A stretch of 64,000 nt of DNA, from positions 62,001 to 126,000 of the forward strand of contig JAQGDQ010000148.1 of the NCBI GenBank assembly GCA_030141605.1. The letters run 5' to 3'. The notes below the pieces were generated by a model. It searched no databases, was not told where the DNA came from, and saw nothing but the letters and a program-made list of their open reading frames with translations. The translations under genes and the position numbers were made by a program. This stretch comes from Tubiluchus corallicola (Eukaryota; Animalia; Priapulida). Every line of letters starts with the position of its first letter. The stretch's first letter is position 1. Below are positions 1 to 15,000 of the stretch, piece by piece.

Positions 1-3000
1 AGCAAGCTTCCCGGTTCGAGAATCATCTGCAGTTCTGCTTCCTCCTCACAGGCTTCATTTTGTCCTGCCTTGAGCAACCCCACAAATTCAACTTCAGACT
101 GTTTATATTCTAGCTGTATTAATCTTATAGGAGCTTTATAAACAACATCCTATGAAAAAAAATGAAACAAAAAAAAATTGCAACATTTTTTACACAAATT
201 CTCTTCTAAAAAGAAGCTTGATTTATTAGAATAAGCTGACTAGTAAGGTCAAGTGAAATGTAATAAAATATTTGCTGATGCATTTAAAAAAATTGCCAGA
301 AGCTTGTACATTTTTATAGTCCTTTTTAATCAAAATGTAAGTACCTTCCATTTATTGTGTAACTCATCCCTGACTACACAAGTTTGTGTTGAAATCTCTT
401 TATCACAGTCAGACAAAACCTCTTGCGTCGAATGCAGATAGTTTTGCAATAGTTTGTGATCCACATTTGCAAAAAATGCCTGAAAGTGCAAAAGGTGACT
501 TAGACAGAAGTTACTTTGTGCATAGTCCCATAGGTATAAAGACAAAGCACAATCGAATGATATAATTTTTGACACTAACTACTCTTTAAATACTACTCAA
601 ACTGAAAAGTGAGCACACAATCTCAGAAAGTCAAAAAGTAACATGAACAATAATAATTTGTCACATCCAAGTGTGTAACTATTTTGAAGGATCATCAGCT
701 TGGGTCTCTCCTGGTTAAGATGCTGCATGCTATATCAATCAAAAAATTGTTGTTTCAACATCAAAACATTATAATATTGCCTTTCGTTGCTGAATACAGT
801 GGGATAGTCATCTCATATCATAGCTGCTGCATTTCAGTTAAAACATCTTTTATATTACCTTATGTTTCTTTGCCAAGTTTCCTGGTGAGTCGTCTGTATC
901 AGCCATTACATTTTCTGCAGCCTGAAGCCATTCTTCTACGTTGTGTTTACTTCGATGATATTTACTCCATGCAGCTATAGCTTTCTCTAGTTTAGATTCC
1001 CACATCATTGCATTCTGTTGACAAGTCTGGAAAAAATGATAAGTAAATACCCAAATTGAAAGAGTCAAATAAGAAATATAAAGCCGATAGGAGTCACAAT
1101 ACAGAAACTTAATTGATAGAATAAGAAACAGATAAATGGCTTCAGAAATTGTAAAAAAACTGGTTACAAATGACCAATCCAGTGACTAAACAACCTATGA
1201 CTGAGTGTAATAACTATGAGGATATTGCGTCTTACCACAAAGCGACTGACAAGAGAAGCCCAGTCTTTCTGCAGCTGATCACTTTTTAGATTTTTGATTC
1301 CCGATTTAACCACTGCATTTACCAGGCGACTCTTTCCATCCAAGCTTGACCGAATGATGGCAGACTGAGCGAAGAATACCTTTAAAAGAATAAGTTATTA
1401 ACTAAGTTGCTGGAAATTCTAAATTACAGCTCATGGCAATTCCCGAACACGCTGAAAAAAGGGGTTCTTTCAATAAAATATTTAGCATTAGGAATAAACA
1501 GGGTTAAACCAATGGACCTGTCTGCCAGAAAATCATTGTCTGAAGAAGAAAAGGACTTCAGACTGTGTCAACAAATTCCTAAAACGATGACAAAAATATT
1601 TAAATGGTCAAATAGTGTAAAGTAAGTAAACTATATTATACTCATAACTGACGTCATTCCTGTTGTTATAATAATTTGTAAACATTTAGCAACATCTGTT
1701 TTAGTATCATTTAAAACGATTAATAAAGGCCTTAATAATAATAACCACAAAAACCCTAGGTAAAATAAATGAAGTTATGTGAGAAAATGCAAATTATTGA
1801 ATGTTCGGTTATCCAAGTTTTGATTAATAATAATTTTTTGTTGTGTACAAATTTACTTTATGTTTTCCAAGTCTAATCTCCATCATTTCTATGTCACTGC
1901 TAAGCATGTGTGAATTTAGCATCTCTTCTCTCTCTTGCAACCACTTTGTTATTTCGCCGTAGCCGGTTTCCAGGGTTTCAACACGAGGAAGTAACTGTCG
2001 AAACATCTGTTGACTGTCAGCTACTTCTTTCCGCATCTAGACAAACAAACAGGAAGTTAAGCAAATAAATTAACCTCTAGTTCACCAAGTATATTAAATA
2101 AACAAGAGCAGTAACATAAGCTTGTTACAGAAAACAGCTTTAAAAGTTAATGAATATATGTATACATATGTATATTCTAAATGTTTTTATTACTTCGTCT
2201 TAGCATAACTACCACACCAGGACAGGTGGTACAATCAAATGTAAAAACAAATCATACAAGGCAGAAATTCAACAGCACAATGTACAAAATTTTCCTGCAA
2301 AGAAACAATGGTTTATGAAGTGCTAAACTACGGTGTCAAGAAAATATAGACCCACTAGATGTAAATGTTATAGCAAGTAAATATAATGTGCGTTTTCATA
2401 CTTTTTTCTGATTTTTCTAATCTTGGGTCTATTTAGAAAATCAACAAAATTCTTGAAGAAAATGATTTATTACACCATTCCCATTGAGAAACTCATGCAA
2501 AAATACACCTAATCAAATTAATGGACACCACAGCTGCAAATGGAGGCACAATAAAATACTAAAATAAATGTTCTTTATTCAGAAGTGCTCTAATATGGCT
2601 TTGTCAGTTTTAATCTCCTGATTCCCCTTAACTTTTGATTTTTTCTGGAGGGGAGGATCAATTCTTTTTTTGACACCATTTAGTTGTTTGCCCTATTAAA
2701 ACATGCAAGAAACAATGATTTAAGAAATACTAAATTTGCAATAGCTGGTTACTGTATTGACCACCTCATTAAAATTCCAGAAAATCTAATCTATTTATAT
2801 TAGCAAACAAAATTATGCAATATGTGCTACAATGAGATAAATATTCATAAACTGCAACAGCTGCAGTATGTTTCAATTTAGTAAGCAGTTTCTAGTCCAT
2901 GATGTTTTACAGAATGATGTTAACATCATAAACCTTTATGTTCATTTTAGTAATGGCAATAGTAATGAAGTTGAATTTGTAATCAGAGTTAATGTTAAGG

Positions 3001-6000
3001 TTTGTTGTGAAAAACAGCCTTAGCTAATAACTATGTTAATAATATTACCTGAAGTAACTTGTCTTTGTGTCCTTTAAGAGTTGACAACATTGATGTCACC
3101 TGTTGTTGAGACGATTCCTTCACCAAACCTTGAGCCACTTTTGACAATGACAAGAACTCCTCTTCCTTTTTGTCCAACTCTTGCAGTAAATTCTGCACAA
3201 TGTGAAAAGATTTCAATACATTGTATTAGGAGATGTGGTATTGTGATTTATATGGTGAAAGAATGCAGAATAAAAAAATATTAATACGCCCTAATTTTAA
3301 ATAGTTTGATAATCTCACTTCGGAACACTTGTTTACTCCTGTACATTATTAATATTGCAGAGAACTTACTAACTTAACTAAAATTATAAAAAGTAAACTC
3401 AGTATATAAAAATCACATTGAGTTACTTGCAACACGAGCATTAAGGACATACAACATTTTGTATGCAATGTCAGTGGCACCTCTAAAACTGAACACAACC
3501 ATCACGATTAAAATATTTTGTGGACTGTCAACTGCTGGCTATGCCAACAGTGCTCAAGCTAGTCAACCTTTTAAAATTCTCCACTGACGTTCTGTTAATG
3601 AACGTTTAACTATTTGCAAGTATAAAATGTAAGCACCTCAAAACAGCAGCACAATTACAAATTATTTTTTCATTCGATTAAAGTAGCAAAGAACACAAAG
3701 AGACTATACCTCTAAATCAATTACATGCTGTGACACTTCAGCATGTGTAGCATTAACTGACTTTGTAGTTAAGGAGCTATTAGCATCCAGCCATCCAGTC
3801 AGATAAGCGACGCTTCTTTGAAATTCTTGCCTACCAGCTTCTGATGCACCCACGCCCATGTACACCTAAGCAACAACACAAAAAATATGGAAACTTAATA
3901 TTTTCAAACCATAAAAGGCAAAAAATGGCTTCAATGCAAATGTTGAGACATGGACTATAAAACAGCTGAATGAATGATCACTCAAAGGCTAAGCAAAGTT
4001 ACTGTTACTGTTGTTTATAAACCAGAATTTTCAATTACTGGCATTTTATGCCTCAAAAGAGTCACATAGCACTTAAGGAGGAAATCTATGTAGCTATAGC
4101 AGAAGCAGTGTATTTTACCTATTCTCAATTACCTATACGTGTTATCCGTCCTAATACTTATTAGTTCTGGCTTGCTCAACTTTCAAACCTGCTTTTAAAT
4201 TAAACTGTAGAACAATGCTGCAGCATCCTTACTCAAAGCTATCTTAAATTATTACCCTACATCATAATAATACACATTTTGTAGAAAACAGTAAATTTTC
4301 AAAACATGCATGCTTTTTAAGACAACTAAGCACAGAAAAAATTGAAACAATACCATACAAACTATTGCGCGATTGAAAAAAATTAAATGAATGATGCCCA
4401 GGACTTCTCCACTTACTTGGCATAATTCACAGATATGTTTCCATCGTTGGTTCACCTCTTGCGTCGTTTTCTTGATCTCGGTTTCCGCCTTGTCGTTACA
4501 AGTTGGCAGAAGTGATACGGCCGTGTCGTTGAAAGTTGCATGAGTTTGCTTTAGCTTTTCAACGTCGCTAAAGAAAGCCTGCAATGAACATGAAAGAAGT
4601 TGACAGTGGTAAAGTCATTCATAACGGCAAGCAAATCCTTGAAGTTTCTGTTAATTATCTGCAGCAAAGAAAACGCCATAATTAAAGATACACTAACTTC
4701 TGTTGTAGAATGATTATTCTGATACAAACAGTATAGATGCAGTAAAAGTTTTGGTATGACATCCTACAAGAAGCATGCAGCCGCATTCAATTACAAAATT
4801 ACAAAAAATAGAATGCATTATACCGTATTTTCCCGTGTATAAGAGACCCCTTCAATTTTTAGGCAAAAATTCTGGAAAAAAGTTTTTTCAGACGGACATT
4901 TTTAGAGGGTAAAGTACAACTTTTTTCAACTCAGTGCGGTACTGAAAACAAAATAAAACCAGTTAATGTGTTGTAGAAAAAGAGTACTGGTATATATTAA
5001 AGTGCGTACCTGCAAACCTGTAACAGGAAAAGAGAAAACGAGGAGATAATGCCTGTGTCACGATGCTTGTATTGCTTACAACCGCTTCATAGTCGAACGC
5101 GACACGCAAAACAGTTGTAGAGCACTTATTTCTTTAAAATCATTAGTGTCACAATTTATGCATCTTATTGAAAAGACTTACTCCCATGTATAAGAGACCC
5201 CCTATTTTTAAAGTGAAAATTCTGAGCAAAAAAGGGTCTCTTATACACGGGAAAATATGGTAATTCATAATAAGTTAGTGCCCTTTTAATTTAAGCAGCC
5301 AGCAATTGATTTCTGAACATCATACAAACTTCAAGGAACTACGTGATATGACTATAGCATTCAGGTAAATTTTAGAAAGCCACCTGAACACCATGTTGTA
5401 TCTAAAGTTAACTTAAAAACTAGCTTATTACAGTGTGAAACTTATGTCTCTTTTAATCATGTGCACAGTTTATTTTCAAGCTGTTGCATCTACTTACAGC
5501 TTGCTCCATGGGTGGCCTTGAAGGCATAGTTTCAGCTGCACTCATCCAAGAATTCAGAGAGTCTCTGTAACTGTAGAACCTTTTCCAGTCACCTGATGTG
5601 GCATCTAACAAGATCTGGAAAGCTTTGATTTTCTCAGCTATGAGATGCCACCTCTCAGCAATTTCTGGCAGCTCCTTTGAGATCAGCTCAATTTCTGTTT
5701 GCTCTACAAGTCAAAATAGTAAATAATCAATAAACAAGAAATAATCAAAATTACTCATAATTAATCAATAATTCAGGAATTTGTGCAATTTTCATCTAAA
5801 AAATCCTAATAAAATAGTGAAAATTTACTTGCAATATTTATGATATGTACTGTTAGAGTAATTAAAACAAAAAAGAAAATTCCATATCAGTTTTTAGAAA
5901 TAAAACAAAAGTTCAACAATAAGTGAATCTACATCTATCACTATACAGCGGTCACGTTTCAGAGTGGTTTTATTTATTTTTGGAGTTTCAAACTCGATAG

Positions 6001-9000
6001 ACTGTTACCTGGTTTTTCCCGTCTGTAATGAGTTGCTTTTTGATTCAGTTCGTTAAATTGTTTCTCATACTGTTTGAACACTTGCTGCACATCAACCAAA
6101 TTCTTAGCAAAAAACAAATAAAATTATCAAACTAGAAAAAAGAAGTTCATTAAACAACTTATGTTTAAAACAAAGAATATCCCAGTCAGTAAACAAACGT
6201 GACCCATGGTATGATTTTATAATTGATAGTGAGAAAATTGTCCTCTGCTTTCAGGCTTAAGTAATAAATGGCTTAAAAAACTATTATTTTAATTATACAA
6301 TTATTAACATACAATATTTTTGCAAAGAGCCGCAGAGTAAGATTAAGGTTAATACACTGTTATAGATTACCACTTAAAACATTTATGATGTAATAGTAAA
6401 TACACAAAAAGTTTTCAATGGCGTAGTAAGCGTTCTGTTGAATCGGTATTAAATCAAATACATTGACATTAAGGTGGGCACCAGCTGCAACAAAATATCA
6501 CAAAGTAACTTCATTACTTTCTGTGGTTATTATGTTTCATCTTTGAAAAAATTTGTGACGTCATAATTCTAATTCAGAGCTTTAGATTTAACTGCTTATT
6601 ACTACTATTAACAATATCGATGAGGTAACTTACATGGACTCGAGATATGAGTAGCTGTATTACAGCCGGGTCACTTTGTTTCACATCCCATGTTGCTACC
6701 TCCTTCTCCACATTATTAATGAACACCAATAATGAGTATTTGTCTAGTTCATACTGAAGTCTCATCCAGCGCTGTTGCTGTCTAATTGCTATGCTAGTCA
6801 ACCGTTGATCGAGATCGCGCAAGTGTTCCGGCTTGATACGGCGCCCCTCAGCCGTACCCGTTACCTTGTACTTCTTGAAGTGGTGCACAACGCTGCCATA
6901 GTCTTTGAAAAATTCCTGAAAATACAAGATCTTGCTATGTGCATCATACACAAAGGTTAGGAAACTCGGCTTAAGTATTGAATGAAATTTTCATTAGAAT
7001 TAAGCTAACCAGTCCTTTTTTAAATAACATTTATTACTGTTTAGAACACAATGGTCATTTTTCAATAATACTTGATATTATTGACAATGCACAGCGATCA
7101 GATCGCTTTCAACAATAGTCATTATTGTTTACAAAGTGCCATAGCTATAGTTATGTTTCACTGCCTTGTATTTGGAGACTGGGGCAATAAGCGCACATTC
7201 ACAATCTATGAAATGCATTTGTGCAATAAGCAAAAAATGGTTTGATGCAAAAAGATACCGAGCAACATTAAATAATGATCAAAAAGTTACAATTCAAACA
7301 TTATTACTGCGAGTCATCCTGCATGTAGTATACTGAGTGGAACTGTACTAGAATAAAATTTACTTTGTGGTCCGTAATTTTCGTAGACATGGCAGTCACT
7401 GCACTCTCTGGAGTATCACAGTGCTCGATGGGCATAGCCAGGATATCCTCTGCCTGATTTATCCAAGCTCCAATGTTACCAAGTGTTCCAGGCAGAGAGT
7501 TGTCCAATTTAAACCTCCACTGTCTGGCAGCTTGTGAAACTTCAGCCCACTTTGATTCTAGCGTCTTCCAGCGTTCGTTCGACAGAGTCAGATTCAATTC
7601 CGACTCATGACGATATTTGATTTTCTCGTACAGCTGAGTTTTATCACCTATCTGGTTGGCAAATTCAACATATTTCTGTAAAAATTATGAAAACAGGATA
7701 ACAAATGTCATGTAATAAATATTAATTATTTATCAAATATTACTGTCAATAAATTTTTTTTAACAAACTTACTATACCATCGTAACTAAAAACTGATAGT
7801 TAAAACTTGAAAAAACAATTGTGCTAATTATTGGCCTATGTCAAATTAATAAGCATCATATAACAAAAAATCAATGCACTCGTTAGAAATACAAAATTTC
7901 TTCTAGAATGAAGTAAATAACTGAAATGTACATCATATTCCTGATTCAAGTCTGTAAAGGGCACATCCTGTAAATGTAACAGCCAGTCAGTTTGCTCATC
8001 CAGCCAGTTGTTTAATGTCTCGTACTCCTTCTTCTCCAGTCGTGATTTTAATCTGACTTCTTCAATCGCAACAGCCATCTAAATGAAAAGATATGTACGA
8101 TATCAGTGAACTGAATAGATTACTACATTAAATGTGTACAATTCAATGTCTGCCAATTAAGCTAATTTCTTACAAATAAAATTGAATACATGATTACTTA
8201 TGAAACTGTTACTTAAACCTGAAAAAATGAAAAAAGTGTGTTTATTTCTGTAAGAGTTATGTTATAGATAACTGTTAACCCATTAGTATGCCACAAAGCT
8301 GTTCATCTAAATTGTGTACTGTTAAAATTTCGCATAAGCTGAATGGGATTACACCAGTCGTGGAGGTTGCAGCATAGAGAAGTTCATCCTGTAAGTCTAC
8401 TGACTCTGGCTCTATGAGTCCTTAAAGTTTCAACTCTGAATCTAACTCTGACTTCTTTGCGACCTTTTATTAATCAGACTCATAGTGGCCATTGCTAGAA
8501 CATGTGGCGCCTGGTGTGTCATGTAAATTCCCCCCTCGATGAAAAATACAATGTAGCAAGTAACAACATCCATGTGATTTTAGATTTGCGTTGCCATTTA
8601 ACTGCAGTTGTGGAGCTCACCTAAAGACTTCTTCAAATGTTAACACGAAAAACAGCCAGATTATAAATGTATTTCACAGTTAATGTAAACGTGTAGAAAC
8701 TTTGAAAACAAAGACAAACTATATAAACATTACAATGATACTAAAATACTAATTATCATCTTCCTTTATCATAAACGTTCCACAGAATGAGCTGCAAGTG
8801 GCTTTTTCCATAAGCAAGGACTTTCAGCTGCTTAACTATGTAATTGCACCTGGTGTTTCAAACATTTTCAGTGCACTAGGTCAAAGTACCGCCTTATGAA
8901 AAGTGACGTCCGAGGCACAATACTCTCTTATCCCCAATAGCTACGCCGCTGCAGACTCAAACAAATCTGGTAGATTTTATATTAAGAATAGAAAGTTTTT

Positions 9001-12000
9001 GCATGATGCCACACAGAATTTTCCTGCACAAACCGATAGTCAATCAATAAATATTATTTTCCTTTGCAATTTTTTATCTATTGCCAAAACTGAAAATTGT
9101 TCTCTTTTCTAATCTCCCCAGAAAGTTTCGTGGAATTCGGTCAAGTAGTTTTTGTGCAATTTCGTGAACTAACAAACAAATAAAGTAATGATGATAAAAA
9201 CATAACGTCCTTGTCAGAGGTAACAAAGTTTGTTTTAGTTTCAGTGTTCGTAATTGTCTTAAAATGCATTGACTTAAGCTGGAGTTTTAGTCAGTCAGAT
9301 ATTTACCCATTCCAAGTTGGACAAGGAAGTTAAAATAAACTGAGAATTAAATTAAGAATTACAAGCTGTGCAAATCTACTCGATAAAAGAGTTACTCCTA
9401 AAATAAATCACCACAAAATTAATACTTAGCCAACTTACTTTAGGAATTGGTGTTGCAGTGGATTTTGACCCTCCAGCCTCAGGATATTTTTTTAAGAAAG
9501 TAGCAACGTAAGTCATTATCGACTTCTCATCGGGTTTCGGGACATCAACATCTGCATAAAAATTCAAAGTAAACATAAGCAAGATAATACGTACCTTGCG
9601 CTTCCCATGTAGCTAAACATAATGCCTTGGCAATTCATCAGTTTCTGTCTTTTTGCATCAGCACCACAAACATGTGCTGTTTTTATAACTCACTAAATAT
9701 AATTTTGCCTAGAAAATGGTTCCCTAATTAGACTACGCATGCACAATCTTTTCCCAATCAATAATTATAATTTTTTTTAATTCAGTTCACCCCGAATAGA
9801 GAAATCAATCATTTTTATCAATAAACAGTGCTCAAATAGTGCTAAGTATTACCTTCTGGGTCTAGAAGCCTAGGTATACCCAAGTCACGCTCAGCTTTAG
9901 TAAAAGCTTGTTCTAGATTTTCTCTTGCTGACTGGCGTCTGACTTTATTCATATCTATAAGTTCTGGCTTAATACAGTGAATTACTGCGTTGAAAGCTAC
10001 GCCGTCCCTCCAGCTAGCACCAAAGTCTTTAACCTGAATATTAAAGCGCCTGAAAGAAATATAAATCAGAATAACTTTCTTATTAAATGCATTAAGCAGC
10101 ACCAGTAGTCTGAAAAATTCAACAATTAATGCTTATGCAAAATTATATGAGATAACATAAGTTTACTTTTACAATCCATCATGAATCACGTAATATTCAT
10201 TGTTATATTTCTACAGATATCATTTCTTTGATAAATCACAAACTTTTTGTGATGATAAACAAGTGAGAAGTTAAAACTTAAAAACCTACAAAACAAAATA
10301 CAAATGTCTTAAGTCATGTATCCTTCAATATAAAACTTTCAAATTTTCTTGACAAATTCAAAATGTGTTTTCCAAACCACCTAATAATAGACAATTTTTC
10401 GTTGTTCTAATAATAAATGAACGCGTAAATTATGAATGGTCAGTCATCTTAGAGAGACCTTTTGACCTGATTATGTGGCACGATGTTTAAACTAAACTTA
10501 CTCTGCAATTGCCTTCTGAGCCCACAACAGCAGAGCCTTCCTGGCACTTCCCTGGAACTTGCCCAGTAAGGACTGTTTTGCTTTTTTTGCTGGTGGGCCA
10601 GCAGGTTTGCTTTCTGATACCGCTGAATCAGTGCTGTCTAAACTATCCTGGCTTGCAGATAGTGATTGATCGTGCAAGTGTTTAGTGTGCTCTTCTATCT
10701 GTATAAATTACATAAACAATTAGTTTTTCCACATTTATACAAATTTCCATTTGCACATTGGCTCAAGATAGGATACAATAGGATGCAAGTTTTAAATCTT
10801 TATTTAAATCCCCAACTTGATAAACAACAATGGCACATTGAATAGCAATTGTATTATTAATATCTATGCACAGAATATTGAAGTATTTCATTGCAACTGC
10901 ACCTATTGCAATCATATTGGTTTTGATGTATTTGTTTAGGATGGGATAGACATCTTGTTACAGCGCCAATACACGTATAATGATTATTACTACCGGACAT
11001 ATTATTATGAAGACAGGTGTTAATTTTACAAATTCTACACAGGTAAATGGAATCAGCATCAGTACAGCTGTTTACCTGGAAATACAAAATGATGGTCCAT
11101 ATAAGTCCAAGAACGATGGCTGGTTTACCATCTATGATGTCGCTAGCATTAATATTAACAAGCTTGATCTGCAATGATACAAATAAAAGATGTGCTGTGA
11201 TTAAGAAAGTAACAAATTCTTCACTTGCAAATACTTTAACAAAACAAAAACCTGCCATTCGAAACCTTTAAAGAGTTTTGATACGTTATCAATTTAGCGT
11301 CTAGTTTTTATATTGTAGTTTAGTGATTTATGATCGTTGTAAGACTTAAACGACAAAATGACAGCTTTACCAATTCCCAATGTTTTAACATTTTTAACGC
11401 CTTTCGCAGCACATAATTAATTGCATTTCGAAATTAATCTATTTTGAAGATTTAATAGCTATAGCATGTATGAAAACAAAGATGAAACCAGGTCATGTGT
11501 GATGCCCAAAATTGTAATTGGTCGATGTAAGCAGCCTAAACAATAAAGTGAATAATTGCAATTTTCAGACTTACTTTTTTATTTTCTAAGAAACGGAGAG
11601 CATTGCTGATGTTGCTCATGTGATGGAGCCGACGTAATCGCTTGCCTCGTTCTCCTGGCTGAAAGTATCACACATTAATACTACACTACTCATTGTTCTC
11701 CATAAGTTTTTTAAACTCAGTGTTTTAGAGTTAAAATTTTGCACACAAATAGTTGTACGTAGACAATACATTTACTTGGACTACATCTTGATGGTTAGTT
11801 AAATTTTACCAAATTTGTTAAAGCAACAAATTGTATAATCTATCCATGTGACACAATATTACTTCAAAGAGTTAGGATACAAATGAGCAAAACAGGTGTA
11901 TGAACTTAGCCCTTGAACTTGAAATTAGATGTAAAGCGATGTAATACCAAATGATAATAATAATTATTCATAAAACAGTTGATAGTAACAATGAATGAAT

Positions 12001-15000
12001 AATAATGAATGTGGAAAGACCAATCCAGCAAAAACGAGTAATTTCACATGGGAGGTCTCATACAAAAGTTAAAAAAGTTAATGCATCCAAAAAAAGATGG
12101 GATAAAATCAAGTTGTTTTCAAATAGTGGGAATTCCCCCACCTGATGGGGAATTTTAGATATTCAAGAGAGTAAGTGGGAGCACAGATTGGCAGATTCAC
12201 TGTAAAAATTATGGGAATGTTGATCATCCATAAACTATAATTCAGTTTACAGGACACCACATTATGAAATGTCACAGAGTAATTTAAAAACTATATTTCT
12301 ATTCAAGTTCTAAATTCCAACAACATTTAATTTAAAATAAAGCTATAGGTACTTCTGTTCAAGTTTTAAAACCTACAAAAATTTTCTGTTGCCGTTAAGT
12401 GTACAAAGATCTGCTATAAAAATAATACAAATAAAATCTAGAATGTACTAATAACATAGAATCAGACATTCTTGGAACAGATGATGACTTCTGACATAAT
12501 TATGATGGCGAAAAAGGTGCATAGGGCAATCTACTAAAAAATCAGACAAGGTTCGAAATAGAGGGAATAATATCCTCACATATGGCGAAAAGGGTGCACC
12601 GGGCAAAAACATTGGGAACCATTACGTGGCTTAATGATATAAGAGGTCTGTGACAGAATTTAACATCTCAACTGTGAACCATCGATCTGCGACTATCAGT
12701 GAAATATGTTTGACAATAAACGACTAAAATACTTATTAGCATAAATGTGTGGAGATTAAGAAAAGATGTTATGATAATATTTCGTGAGTACACATTTCAA
12801 TTGAAGGACTTCTCGTAATACACACATGACGTTTTTGCACAAGAACCACATGAGTATAAAGTTAGGCTACAAAATAATATTCTGTAATGGTTAACAGTCT
12901 GAAAGAAAACACAGGAAAAAAATATAAAAAACCCATATCACAGGCGGGTGCTTTAAAAATTTGTATTATGTAATTTGAAGAAGCAAAAGTTCAATTATAA
13001 ACATTCCTTAAGTTATTAAATTAGTACTAACATTTACTTAGAAATGTATTTGCTAAGTTAAATAAATATTGGCCATTACCAATTTTTCTCCGGACAGAAC
13101 TTCAAGCAGAGCAAGAAGTTTTGTTCCATCTTCAATGTCAGCAAATAAGTCATCGATGCGCAATGGTGGATCATGCTAAAAAACACAAAAATTACATCAT
13201 TACAAAAATACATGATGCAGGTTTATTGTGGCGTTGCAAAAAGTATTCTACATACTGCAGAATTTGTAGCTTGTGTTCCAACACTAATGTAAATATGGCA
13301 GTGCGATATTGTAAACATGCCTTAAAATATGTGAATATGAATAAAAATATTTCTTCAAAAAGTTTAGGATGTTCTAAAATATAATGTTCATTAAATTTTA
13401 GGTTTTGTATGCCATTATAATGCTTCTGATGATGTTAACTGCCCACCTGGTTAGCTAGATACTAAGACCTACAAGAGTTATAAACTCAAATGACATTGGT
13501 TTGATATTTTGCTTGAGCAAGAAGGCTTACCAATTGGCCCACAATAACCCATCCCTAGTGATACAAAAGAAATTAGCTCTAACAGGGACCCAAAGAGGAT
13601 GGGGAGTCGTTAAGGAAAGGACTATTTTGAACCCTCTCCCTCTTTGAACACCTTTCTCTTAGAAAGGTTTTAATACAGAAAATAAATCAATATATTACAA
13701 TTGTCAAAATTGTACCTGTGTTCTGTGAGATGAATTTTACAGACAAATTTGCGATTTTTACTGTAATTTCTCAACTTGTAACGCCCTACAGTATAACACT
13801 GGCTCCCTTTAAACCCCATGGGTCCTGGGCAGCATCCCATCTGTACCACCTCTGTAGGCCCCCAGGAATTTCAGATTAGCCTTGCTGGTGTAAAATGTAT
13901 GTATGTGGAGCCAAATACGTGTGCTTCACGGACTGTATCGATAAAGGGGTTCATATGATTAGAAGGCAAAATTTTCAAGTGTGTTTAACTGCATAAAGCA
14001 CATGTAGAACACGCAGCTAATTTTCTTGACAATGCACTGTAATATAATATAAAATAATATTGTAAAACTTACTATAACTTACCTGTGCTAAATATGAGTT
14101 GACCCAGTTGGTAAACGTCTTCTTTTGCACCCTTTCTTGTTGTTCTGAAATACAAAATGTAAATAATGTATCAGCAATGAAATGATCACTAGTGATAAGT
14201 ACTATACATCAAATAAAACCTTACTAATTGAATGTAATATATGATGCTCCAGAGCTCGTGTCTAGACTTTGATTAGGACCTATGAACATAAATGTGTAAA
14301 ATAAATTTGAAATGTTGAACTATGAAAGACTATGAAATCACATTTTATTACATTTTATACAGTTTGGCCCACTACAAACTGGAATTCAGTATTTGGTGAC
14401 AAAAGCCTACTACAAATGTTGCACACTACAATTACTCATTACTTATCAAAGTAAGCAGTTAATTATAAGTGAGCAATTAATATTCTGCAGCTGCGGCTAA
14501 AATCTAGGACTTGAAAAGCCAACTGCAATCACATTTTAGGTGGGACTAGTACTAGCATAATATTAAGGATAATTTTTTAGAAGAATGAGATATTGAATAA
14601 GCCAACGACCTCTCCACTTTAATATATGTTGATAGGCATGGTGGGAAAGGGTAAAAACAAGGAGTACTGCTTTTATGTTGTTAAACATTAAATAAAAACT
14701 AACAATCAAAGATGATTACAGTTCTGGAAAAAGAAGCAAAAAAAAAAGAAAAAAATGGATGACAAGCAATTTTCTGTTGCTACAGACTATAAGCTACAAT
14801 CCACAAATTCTGAGCCATTCTTCACTTTTGCTTGGCTTATAAACACTTTCCGAAACAAGCAGTTATGTTTTATACAATATGACACATTTTCAGAAAAATT
14901 AATTACACAGAACAATACTAAATACATAAATAATGAGTCTAAACTAAACATTCTTTGATTCGGATTTTTATGAAAAGCAGCAGTATTAAGTTTATCACAT

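Noticed and set aside
8290-8560. GC-richer stretch in a nesprin intron as a possible extra exon
   Set aside because: No frame is bounded by convincing splice sites, and the flanking exons already join in frame.
1-14144. Assignment as dystrophin, beta-spectrin or plectin/shot
   Set aside because: The long Ser-rich inter-CH linker ending [10 protein letters not shown] and direct entry into spectrin repeats without a plakin domain fit nesprin-1.
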